Shown: piece by piece, positions 8,271 to 17,661 of the stretch
How the letters are laid out: the number at the start of each line of letters is the position of its first letter
Position numbering within the stretch: position 1 is the first letter of the stretch
Source of the DNA: Candidatus Saccharimonadota bacterium
GTDB lineage: Bacteria > Pseudomonadota > Alphaproteobacteria > Rickettsiales > Anaplasmataceae
NCBI RefSeq assembly: GCF_013365475.1
Contig: NZ_CP046579.1
Coordinates: 570,001-602,000 of the forward strand
Length of the DNA stretch: 32,000 nt
Direction of reading: 5' to 3'
Notes under the pieces: generated by a model
Told to the model about the DNA's origin: nothing
Databases searched by the model: none
The model's input: the letters and a program-made list of their open reading frames with translations, nothing else
Made by a program: the position numbers and the translations under genes

Positions 8271-11200
8271 TCATATAAGCAAGCTATTTGTGTTAATCTC
8301 CATGTCTTTAACCCAACTTAAATTAGATATCTCATAAATAACCTGAGGAGTAATTGAATACGTGTTCGGTAACAAAATACTTACCTTACTCTTCTCAAAA
8401 GAGAGCTCTAACATTACTTTCGCTATACCACCATCTTTTAATACTGAATTTAATTCTATAGCAACTTTTCGTGAATCTGCACTCCCAGTTAAGACTAACC
8501 CTTTAATTATAGAAGTAATTCTTTCTGTGAATTCATATATATCACTTCCCACCAATCTTGTCATATTTTCTGAAATTTCAAGATCAATTATAACAAACGT
8601 ACCTGGTGAAAATAGATTCCTCTTCTTCTCTATTATTTCATTTTTGTAAAATGCTATTTCAGAAACATTATATGGATCAGAAAGTGTGAGTATGATAAAT
8701 CTTCCGTGCTCTGAGGTTCTTATACGTACACTTAATACTACACCAGCAGTTTTCATTGCTCTACTCTCTCCAATAAACCCAATGTTTAATTTTTTTAAGA
8801 GAGTCTTAAATCTTTCAAGTGGATGATTGGTTAAGTAAAATCCTAATGAAAATAACTCGTATTCTAATCTCTTATCCTCACTAAAATCCTTCACATCTTC
8901 AAGTTTAGGCTTTAAAACATCAAGACTATCAAACAAAACAGTCTGGTTCGATTCCTTATCCTGCCTATTTTTATTCGCAAAGTAAATCAATTTGTCCATT
9001 GATTCATATAACTGTTTTCTGTTTTGATGTATATTATCAAACACTCCAGCCTTAATTAAACTCTCTAGTGCTCTTTTATTTATTAAACTCCTAGAATTTT
9101 TGATAAATTCCCATATATTTTGATAAGTATTTGAATTTCTGTTCACTATTCCCTCTGCTATAGAGAACCCAACATTACGCAAAGCAGCAATACCATAGCG
9201 TATATTTTTACCCTCTATCGAGAATAGAGCTTGAGATTTATTTATGTTAGGTGGAAGGACAACAATCCCACAAAGCTTTGCAGCATGGTAAAACAAATTT
9301 AATTTATTTCTGTCACTGATATTTAAATTCATCAATGCTGTAAAAAATTCTAATGGATAGTTAGCTTTAAGGTAAGCTGTTTGGTAAGATATTACAGCAT
9401 ACGCAGCTGCATGGGATTTATTAAATCCGTAACCAGCAAATTTTGCAACAAGGTCAAAAATATAACTTGCTCTATCATAATCAACACCATTTTTCGCTGC
9501 ACCTTGAATAAAAAGCTGACGTTGCTTATCCATCTCTTCCTTGATTTTCTTACCCATAGCACGCCTTAGCAGATCTGCTTCAGCTAGGCTATATCCAGAA
9601 AGAACACGTGCTATTTCCATTACCTGTTCTTGATAGATTATCACTCCAAATGTTTCTTTTAATACTACTTCTAGTAACGGATGAATATAATCCGGGTTTT
9701 CAAGTCCATGTTTTCTTGCAATATAAGTTGAAATATTGTCCATAGGCCCTGGGCGATAAAGGGAGATCAAAGCAATGATATCCTCAATACAATCTGGCTT
9801 TAACTTAACTAAAGCCTCCCTCATCCCAGAACTTTCAAGCTGAAATACCCCAATTGCATCACCTCTCGAGAGCATTTCATAGGTTCTGTAATCATTTAAA
9901 GAAATTGAAGAAATATCAATTTTTTCCCCATTAATGCTAATTAAACGGCACACATGGTCTATTAGCGTTAGCGTACCAAGTCCAAGGAAATCAAATTTTA
10001 TTAGCCCAGCTTTCTCCACATATTTCATACTATATTGAGTGATTGGCAAGGTAGAACTTGGATCATAATAAACAGGAACAAAATTTTCCAATTTTTGATC
10101 GCATATCACAATTCCTGCAGCATGAGTTGAAACGTGACGACATATTCCTTCAAGTTTAAGAGAGATATCAAGGAGTTTTGCAATCACTTTATCACTATCT
10201 CGTTCTTTTTGGAGATTTTGATCAAGCTCTATTGCTTGTGATAAAGTTACAGGATTTACAGGATTAAATGGAACCATCTTAGATATCTTATCTACTTGAG
10301 CATAAGGCATCTGTAATACCCTGCCAACATCACGTAGTACAGCTCTTGCTTGCAATTTTCCAAAGGTGATTATTTGGGCAACGTAACCATATTTTTTACG
10401 AACATAATCAATAACTAAGTCCCTCTTTTCTTGACAAAAATCAATATCGAAATCGGGCATTGATACACGATCAGGATTCAAAAATCTTTCAAAGATAAGG
10501 CCAAATTTCATCGGATCAAGTTCTGTAATCCGCAGTGCCCAGGCAACAATTGACCCAGCACCAGAACCTCTTCCTGGACCAACTGGAATGCCATTTGCTT
10601 TACTCCAGCGTACAAAATCAGAAACTATCAAAAAATATCCAGAATAATTCATCGAGGTTATCACGTTCAGTTCATAATTCAACCTGCTATAGTATTGATC
10701 AAGATCTATGTCTGTTTGATTTGCAATACGCAATTCTAACCCTGTAATCGCTTGCTCTCTTAGTTCTTCATTCTCAGTTCTATTCTCTTTACAAGAAAAT
10801 TTAGGCAAAATAGGCTGTCTGCTCTTCGGCATGTAAGAGCATCGTCTAGCTACTACTGAAGTGTTATAAATTGCCTCAGGAATATCACTAAATAACTCCT
10901 CCATTTCTATTACAGACTTAAAATAATGTTCAACGGTTGGTTTTTTTCTATTATCACCTAGAATATAATCAGCATCTGATATGCAAGTTAATATTTCGTA
11001 AGCTTCATAGTCAGACCTATTCAGAAAAAATACATCATTCGTTGCAATGAGTGGTATATTGTGCTGGTAAGCAAATCCTATCAAGATTTCTTCAAGTTCT
11101 AAATTCTTATTAAGACCATGACGCTGTAATTCAATATACAAATGTTCATTGAACGCTGATAATAGTCTTTTTACTGTTTCTTCATCTTTCTTCAATAAGA

Positions 11201-11606
11201 GTTGAGCTAGTATTCCGTCATATCCACCAGTTAAAGCTACTAGACCTGAACTTAAATTTAATAATTCAGTAAAATCAACATGAGAAATACTGTTGCTGTT
11301 CTTGCGCTTTCTAAAAGATTCACTTACTAAAGTGACTAAATTTGTATACCCCTTCTCATTTTTTGCGAGTAACAATATAGGTAAATTTTGCTCTGAGTGA
11401 CGAACTATAATATTGCATCCCACTATTAACTGTATCCCGCTACTTGCTGCATATTCTGCAAATTCAAGCGAGCCAAACAAGTTACCTGAATCAGTGACTG
11501 CAACTGCTGGCATTCTATACTGTAAGCAAAGTCTGATTAATTCCTCAATTTTAACTGAACTCTCAAGCAATGAATAAATACTGTGAACACGCAAATGTAT
11601 GAACAT
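8271..11606 (-). CDS. dnaE: DNA polymerase III alpha subunit
   Basis: 1111 aa. PHP domain start FIHLRVHSIYSLLES, polymerase core motifs GPGRGSGAGS and PDFDIDF, and a conserved finger region GYGFNKSHAAAYA. Confidence 0.97.
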   Translation of the reverse strand: MFIHLRVHSIYSLLESSVKIEELIRLCLQYRMPAVAVTDSGNLFGSLEFAEYAASSGIQLIVGCNIIVRHSEQNLPILLLAKNEKGYTNLVTLVSESFRKRKNSNSISHVDFTELLNLSSGLVALTGGYDGILAQLLLKKDEETVKRLLSAFNEHLYIELQRHGLNKNLELEEILIGFAYQHNIPLIATNDVFFLNRSDYEAYEILTCISDADYILGDNRKKPTVEHYFKSVIEMEELFSDIPEAIYNTSVVARRCSYMPKSRQPILPKFSCKENRTENEELREQAITGLELRIANQTDIDLDQYYSRLNYELNVITSMNYSGYFLIVSDFVRWSKANGIPVGPGRGSGAGSIVAWALRITELDPMKFGLIFERFLNPDRVSMPDFDIDFCQEKRDLVIDYVRKKYGYVAQIITFGKLQARAVLRDVGRVLQMPYAQVDKISKMVPFNPVNPVTLSQAIELDQNLQKERDSDKVIAKLLDISLKLEGICRHVSTHAAGIVICDQKLENFVPVYYDPSSTLPITQYSMKYVEKAGLIKFDFLGLGTLTLIDHVCRLISINGEKIDISSISLNDYRTYEMLSRGDAIGVFQLESSGMREALVKLKPDCIEDIIALISLYRPGPMDNISTYIARKHGLENPDYIHPLLEVVLKETFGVIIYQEQVMEIARVLSGYSLAEADLLRRAMGKKIKEEMDKQRQLFIQGAAKNGVDYDRASYIFDLVAKFAGYGFNKSHAAAYAVISYQTAYLKANYPLEFFTALMNLNISDRNKLNLFYHAAKLCGIVVLPPNINKSQALFSIEGKNIRYGIAALRNVGFSIAEGIVNRNSNTYQNIWEFIKNSRSLINKRALESLIKAGVFDNIHQNRKQLYESMDKLIYFANKNRQDKESNQTVLFDSLDVLKPKLEDVKDFSEDKRLEYELFSLGFYLTNHPLERFKTLLKKLNIGFIGESRAMKTAGVVLSVRIRTSEHGRFIILTLSDPYNVSEIAFYKNEIIEKKRNLFSPGTFVIIDLEISENMTRLVGSDIYEFTERITSIIKGLVLTGSADSRKVAIELNSVLKDGGIAKVMLELSFEKSKVSILLPNTYSITPQVIYEISNLSWVKDMEINTNSLLI

Positions 11607-11653
11607 AAAAAAACTTTAAATCAGTAATATAAAGAATACCATTAATCTACCTG

Positions 11654-11677
11654 CAGTGATACAATTCCATATCACTG
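11654..11677. promoter_or_regulatory. 24-bp palindrome CAGTGATA-N8-TATCACTG, 47 nt upstream of the dnaE start
   Basis: Perfect 8-bp arms read directly from the sequence. It shares C-N2-TGATA-N8-TATCA-N2-G with the element at 17587-17610. Confidence 0.3.
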
Positions 11678-11971
11678 AAATAGAAGCTTACACAAGATAT
11701 AAAAAAAGATTCTTTGTAATCTATCTACTACACCTTATTTCAAAATGAAAGGTGCTTAATTTTCTACCATGATATCATGTTACAACTTTACTGCCTTCCT
11801 CTATAAGAGATTTTTACCTATCTAAAAGCCTTAGAATATTTTTATAAAGTGCTAAAAGCAATACACAAACAGTTACAGGTTAAGTAAAACTGTTTCATAC
11901 AAAATAATGTTTCACTAAAAATCCAGCAGTACCTTACTTTGATAATACATCCTCAGGATAGTATATCTACT

Positions 11972-12784
11972 TCATTGGGAGTAATTCGTTTCCTCAAAAT
12001 GTAACTTTTTCAGCCCTATTTTGTAGCTAGGATAGATCAGAGAGATATTAAGATCTTTTTTAATTTTGAAGTTACTTACTTTTTTTGATCCTAAGTAAAA
12101 ACTTTGTACATAGTTTGGCAAAGAGGAAATTTCTACTAGTTTCGGAACACTGATGTTTAGTAGTCTAGCTGCATACGCTACTACTTCTGATTGTGTAGCA
12201 GGTAGATCATCTGCACAGTTATATATTTCTCCAGGTTTTTTATTTTGCATGGAAGAAAATAGAATATTAGATACATCACTAACATGGATACGAGAAAAAA
12301 GATGACCCTTCTTTCGTACATTTCTTGCTTTATTAAATTTCAAATCAATTAACACATTTCTGCTAGGACCGTATATCCCAGATAAACGGAAAATATGTAC
12401 AGGTAGTTTGCTATCCAGCCATTTTTTTTCAGCTTTGAGACGATTTTTTCCTCTGCTTTCCACAGGCCGTGTTTCAGACTCTTCTGTAACCCAATTACCA
12501 GCATGATCACCATAAACATTAGTTGCAGACAAATATCCAAGCCATTTGATATCTTGAAAATAATGACCATATCTTTCTAGTACATCATCGCCACCTGGAG
12601 GAATAGAAACTAAAATATGTGTTACACCATGAAAAGCACTTTTATCTACATTATCGTAATTAAAGAGATTAATGTCTTGCATGTTTTTATCCCTTGAAGT
12701 ACCACCAATTTTCCAATTTAAATCTAGCAAATTTTTTGATAAAAATTTAGCTACATACCCATAACCAAAGCAAAATAAGTACAT
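11972..12784 (-). CDS. NAD(P)-binding Rossmann-fold protein, SDR/epimerase-dehydratase-like
   Basis: 270 aa. N-terminal glycine-rich beta-alpha-beta segment (LFCFGYGYVAKFL) and general similarity to short atypical SDR/NAD-dependent epimerase family proteins of alphaproteobacteria. The substrate is unknown. Confidence 0.75.
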   Translation of the reverse strand: MYLFCFGYGYVAKFLSKNLLDLNWKIGGTSRDKNMQDINLFNYDNVDKSAFHGVTHILVSIPPGGDDVLERYGHYFQDIKWLGYLSATNVYGDHAGNWVTEESETRPVESRGKNRLKAEKKWLDSKLPVHIFRLSGIYGPSRNVLIDLKFNKARNVRKKGHLFSRIHVSDVSNILFSSMQNKKPGEIYNCADDLPATQSEVVAYAARLLNISVPKLVEISSLPNYVQSFYLGSKKVSNFKIKKDLNISLIYPSYKIGLKKLHFEETNYSQ

Positions 12785-12787
12785 AAA

Positions 12788-13468
12788 TTAGCTCTTAAAA
12801 TTTCTCTTGATAAACTCTACACCTAACTTTATTCCCTCTTCATTGATAATATGCCCTAATCCATGCATTGGATATCCCTCAACACTTACATCATTTTCTT
12901 CTAGAGCTTTAACTGCTAAACCAAGAGAAGAAAAAGGTACTACATTGTCAGCATCTCCATGAATAACACAAACATTAGGTTTTGATTTGATTTTTGGTGC
13001 AACTTTTAAAGGGGAAAGGAATCTACCGGAGTACATAACAACCGATGCACAAGATTGAGAGCGAGTAAGAGCTGTGTTTATTGCAAGCATCGCTCCTTGG
13101 GAAAATCCAACTAAAGAGAGTTGTGCATCTTTTAAGGAAAACTTTTTTAATTCTGTATCAATAAAGTGATTTATTATTAATGTAGCATTTTCTACTCCAT
13201 TGTATAATGCTTCTTCACTGCGATTCTCTAAACTAAACCACTGATAACCGTTACCTACTTCTCTTTTAAACGGAGCATCCGGTACTATAAAACATGAACT
13301 AGGTAAAGATTTGCTCATAATCTTAGCAAGATGAATAAAATTACTACCGCTCGATCCCCACCCATGTAAACAAACAATCAAATTTTCTCTATCTCTATTT
13401 CCACAAATCTCCATACTTTTTAGCTTAATCATTTTTCCCTTTTTTTTATTTATATCTTTATCTAACAT
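12788..13468 (-). CDS. Alpha/beta hydrolase, phospholipase/carboxylesterase family
   Basis: 226 aa. HGWGSSG oxyanion region, nucleophile elbow GFSQGA, an acidic residue in HGDADNVVP and a histidine in HGLGH, which is the carboxylesterase/lysophospholipase (DLH-like) layout. Confidence 0.85.
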   Translation of the reverse strand: MLDKDINKKKGKMIKLKSMEICGNRDRENLIVCLHGWGSSGSNFIHLAKIMSKSLPSSCFIVPDAPFKREVGNGYQWFSLENRSEEALYNGVENATLIINHFIDTELKKFSLKDAQLSLVGFSQGAMLAINTALTRSQSCASVVMYSGRFLSPLKVAPKIKSKPNVCVIHGDADNVVPFSSLGLAVKALEENDVSVEGYPMHGLGHIINEEGIKLGVEFIKRNFKS

Positions 13469-13587
13469 TAATTTAAAGTTCTGTAAAAGCTATATTCAAT
13501 GCTATATTGTATTAATACAAGGTGAAAGAAACTAAGTTTTCACAAAGGATTATTTAGATATATATTTTAGTTTATTTAAAAGAAACT

Positions 13588-13905
13588 ATGAATACTGATG
13601 AAATAGTTTTAAAGATTTATAAACCAACAAAAACTGTAACACAATCTGGCTTAGGTAATACACGCTTCTGGTATCTAAAAACTACTAATCCAGATTCTTA
13701 CTATATTGAACCACTGATGGGATGGGTTGGTTCAAAAAATACAAAAAAACAAATTATATTAAAGTTTGATTCCCTTGAACAGGCAATATCTTACGCAAAA
13801 AGACGCAACGTTAAGTATAAAGTTGAAATGCCAAGGAGCATCAAGAGGTTACCTAAATCTTATACAAGTAACTTTACATCAAAGTCTCAGGTAACTTTAA
13901 TATAA
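13588..13905 (+). CDS. NDUFS4-like (ETC complex I 18-kDa subunit family) protein
   Basis: 105 aa. IYKPTKTVTQSG...W.L...EPLMGWVGSKNTKKQIILKFDSLEQAISYAKRRNVKYKVE follows the NDUFS4 pattern (IY.P...MQSG, NPLMGWTSS, L.F...E.A..FAEK.G..Y.V). Confidence 0.85.
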   Translation: MNTDEIVLKIYKPTKTVTQSGLGNTRFWYLKTTNPDSYYIEPLMGWVGSKNTKKQIILKFDSLEQAISYAKRRNVKYKVEMPRSIKRLPKSYTSNFTSKSQVTLI

Positions 13906-16252
13906 ATAAAGTTTGCTATTCTGATAGAAGAATGATACTGTCCTGCTAACAAACTGACTAATTTGAGTAGAGAAAAATAATTGCAGCTCTCTCAGAAAAT
14001 TTTCATTTGTAGAAATGAATACTTTTAAAAACTTCTCTAAGAGAAATTGTTTCTCTTTAAGAGAACAAAGGGGAAGCACTAAGAAAAACATAGCATTATC
14101 ATTTCCTTGTCATATATAGTAATTCTATTAATAAATCATATAAAACTGTTTTTATATTATTTTGCAATAAAAGCAATGAAATATTAATACCTAGCAAAAT
14201 TCTGCAATAAGTTAGAGTTATTTTTATCATTTCCATTATTAACCTCATTAAAGATGAAAATCTAAAACTTGAAGTTTGTAATGCAAATAGCTAGAAGTAT
14301 TGAATGCATACAATACAATTGCACTTTGCATACTTTCCCTTCTAAGAAAGCAAAACAGATTATGTATGTAACATAAAGTTCCTTAAAGGATAAAGAAAAT
14401 ATCATTAGTGATATATTACATCAAGTGTATTTACTAAATTCCTTATAAGGAATCTCATAAAAATAGCTAGAACTTTTGCTAATACTATATCTATACAGCA
14501 ATAAGCAGCCACAGATGTAAAAAATACTCAATAAACAACTAGCTTCCAGCCTTGCAACATTGACATTGTTAATACTAAATACAGACCTTAGCTTAAGAAT
14601 TAAATGAAAAAACTGAAAATTATTGTTTTTATCTCTACATAGAAACCAACTCTTAACTCTAGAGATAATTGGAATTAACCCAGATAAAAATGCCATACCT
14701 AACTTAAAAAGTAGACTAGTCCAAAACACTTAAATACTCTTCACTAAAGAACTATTTATTAAATTTAAGCATTAGTTCCAACTCTTAAGAGAGACAAACT
14801 AAGAGATTCATTTGATAATTTTAATCATAACAAACTAAAAATAATATTTATCCAACTAACTAACAAAATTATGCTATACTATGATTAATTCATTAATTGA
14901 TAAAAGTTAAAATTTCTCAGTATCTGAATAGATAATTTGAAAACTCTTAAATAATTTAGGCACAAGAGAGCTTAATGACATTATTTACAATTTGCCATAA
15001 TATAAGAAGACTAAATTGCCGATTGATAACCTTGGCAATCAAGATAATCCAAAGTTATTACGAAGTATTGTAAAAAGAAGTTTAGGACATAAAGTAAAAA
15101 ATCAAAGGAGGAAATCCTTAATAAAGTTGATAGGCTGTACCCTTTGGAGAAAAGAAAAAGGTTTTTGAAAGTGTATATGATGCTCTTATTAAGGTTCCAA
15201 TAACCTATAGAAGTAATAACATCACTCAATACTGATATAATTATTTTCCACTAATGTCTATAGATCATAGAGAAGGTAGCGTAGGAGTAAGGATAAGTTT
15301 AAAAAAATTTAATAATACTTTAGAGTAATTTATATGTATAGTAATTCGTAAAATAAATTTTAAACCTTGAAAAAGCAGAGAGTAACAAATGATGTTCAAA
15401 AAGTTAGCAAAAACTAGAATACAATACAAATAAAAATCACAATGATTAAGCACTAAATTACAAACAGTAAATCTCAAGGAATAATATCAGTAATAGAGAC
15501 TTAGCAATTTAGAGTAATAAGCAGTTAACTAACGCTAGAAGAGATACTACCAATTGTCTGTGAAGAATTATAATTAGTAAGATATTTACTTGCTTATTCA
15601 GTGTAAGTACACTCTCAAAAATAGAGCTTTTCTGAACATTCGATTAACGTACTGAATAGAAGATAAAAAGGCTTTCTTGGACATTTCTGCATGCCTTCAG
15701 TTGATTCTTCATATGCGTAGTTAAACTTCTTTAAAAACACTTTCCCTCTAATTTCCTTTACTTACAATCTAGGTCGATTCTTTTCTTTAAAACTTTACCT
15801 TGTATGATATATTGACCTTTTTAGGTTAATTTCGACTTTTATTAAAATATCATCAAAATGATCAGATATTTTAATTCAAGTATTCAGAATATTCACTGGT
15901 GGTTCAAAAGAAGAAGTGGAACTAATGCCAGAATTCACAAAAATTTTGGATTATACTACAACTAAGTAATTATGTTCAAGAGCATAGAATAGAATGCTGT
16001 TTTGCTGATAAATTTAAGACTAGCAAGTACTACTATAAATTTTAGTCAGTTACAAGGCTGAAGAGGTATACGTCCAATGAAAATGGGACATGTCTTAAGA
16101 AAAAATTTCAACTGATGTTGATTTGCTGTTTGATTATGTTGAAATATGCATTTTAAAGTGAAGTATATTTATTAATTGTATTTATGAAACCCTGAAACTT
16201 AAACTTTACTTATATTTCGTTATAATAAATTAATTTATACACCTAAATAAAA

Positions 16253-16816
16253 ATGATAAACACACAAGATCTATTGGCATTGATGAGAATAAGACACAGC
16301 GGGTGTTTATATGATCCAAACAAAGTAGTGAATCAGGAAAAGATCAATTTGCTGATAGAGGCAGCTCGTCTCTCTCCTTCATGTTTTGGTGATGAACCTT
16401 GGAGGTATATAATATGTAATAAGCAAAGCAATCAAAATTCATGGGTAAAATTACTAAATTGCCTTGATGAGTCGAACCAGAAATGGGCGAAAAATGCACA
16501 AGTATTAATTATATCATTAAGTGCTAAAAATTTTCGCAAGCTAGATAAGGGGAAAAACTTTTGGGCTAAGCATGATACTGGTGCAGCAAATTATGCACTT
16601 ATTCTACAGGCAGCATCTGCAAACTTAATGGGACATCAAGTGGGTGGTTTTGATGGAAACAAGATAGCAAAAAAATTCAATATACCTAGTGATTTTAATA
16701 TAACATCAGTGATAGCTGTTGGCTATGAAGAAGAAGGCACTAAAGTTAATGAAAAGAAAAGAAGACCAGTAGAAGAAATATTCTTTTACGATGAGTGGCC
16801 AAGTGAGCTAATTTGA
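16253..16816 (+). CDS. Nitroreductase family protein
   Basis: 187 aa. N-terminal RHS motif (MRIRHSGCLYD), AARLSPSCFGDEPWRY, and a typical nitroreductase-fold length and pattern. Confidence 0.85.
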   Translation: MINTQDLLALMRIRHSGCLYDPNKVVNQEKINLLIEAARLSPSCFGDEPWRYIICNKQSNQNSWVKLLNCLDESNQKWAKNAQVLIISLSAKNFRKLDKGKNFWAKHDTGAANYALILQAASANLMGHQVGGFDGNKIAKKFNIPSDFNITSVIAVGYEEEGTKVNEKKRRPVEEIFFYDEWPSELI

Positions 16817-17586
16817 ATATTCCTTTCTTAATATCATAAAACAGGTTGCTTGAAAAATAGTTTTTCGTTTACTCTTTCTTAAATTTTTATTAATTTTTCA
16901 AAAAACTTTTAAAACTTAATAACCTATATCATTATCACAAATCTTCATGAAAGCCATAATAAAAAGACTGAATATACCAATCATCCCCCATGGCTAATTT
17001 TAAATTAGCATAAACAGAAGTGTTTTGCATAGAATAAATAACATATTAGACATCAATTGCTTTTAGCTTACTAAAAGCACCGGTATTAGCATAACTTCCA
17101 ATCAAAATCAGAGATACACCTTAGTCAATTCTATAAATGCTTCTATAAAAAGAGAACAGAAGATTCTGGACTTCATCTTGTATACACTCAATAAATACTA
17201 AAGTAAGTATAAAACGTTTTTAGATATAATTTACTTAAGGTACACTACCTAACAGTAATAGATGATTTTTAAGTTTTAATACTTTGCTAAAATTTAGCCC
17301 TACTTTCAAAGATCTCAATCATGTATAATAAATCATCTTTATCATTATTATTTTTCTTTATTACATAAACCTGACTAAATGAGTATTACAGGTGCTACTG
17401 GTATTCCTTAAATGCTGCTATGGCTATATTATATAATTTTTAAACTTATTGAGAGGGAGATGAACAAAGCATATACATTTTATTATTTTAATTAGACCAT
17501 TGATAATCTCTTACTAGAAGTTCTCCCTTATTCTACTCAAGTTAGTTAAAAGAAAACCTTATTATTGCATAATATTAACTTAATAC

Positions 17587-17610
17587 CTATGATATAAAAA
17601 TGTATCATAG
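17587..17610. promoter_or_regulatory. 24-bp palindrome CTATGATA-N8-TATCATAG, 51 nt upstream of the dapF start
   Basis: Perfect 8-bp arms read directly from the sequence. It has the same core and spacing as the element at 11654-11677. Confidence 0.3.
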
Positions 17611-17661
17611 TAATTAGAAAAGAAAACTCTATTTTATATATGTAGCCTTACTATTACTATA

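Noticed and set aside
12349-12570. A 73-aa ORF nested in another frame inside the SDR/epimerase-like gene, and similar nested ORFs inside dnaE, lon, plsC, secB and dapF
   Set aside because: All are embedded in well-supported conserved genes and have no features of their own. They are frame shadows.
14033-14065. Twin mini-hairpins TTCTC-taa-GAGAA and TTCTC-tttaa-GAGAA
   Set aside because: The stems are only 5 bp and there is no associated gene start. They are compatible with chance.
14646-14788. The exact 11-mer CCAACTCTTAA repeated 132 bp apart (14646 and 14778), plus the CTCTTAAGAG palindrome
   Set aside because: The identity does not extend beyond 11 nt. My rough composition-based estimate gives about one such coincidence in a 2.3-kb AT-rich spacer. 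It is not a tandem or dispersed repeat family.
13897-15477. Four minus-strand ORFs (13897-14091, 14421-14729, 15011-15229, 15265-15477) that might be fragments of one decayed gene
   Set aside because: They have no recognisable motifs. Their F/L/I/N/K/S/Y-dominated composition is what AT-rich non-coding DNA yields, two begin at non-ATG starts, and they lie in different frames with many stops between them. I cannot support them as genes or name a parent gene.
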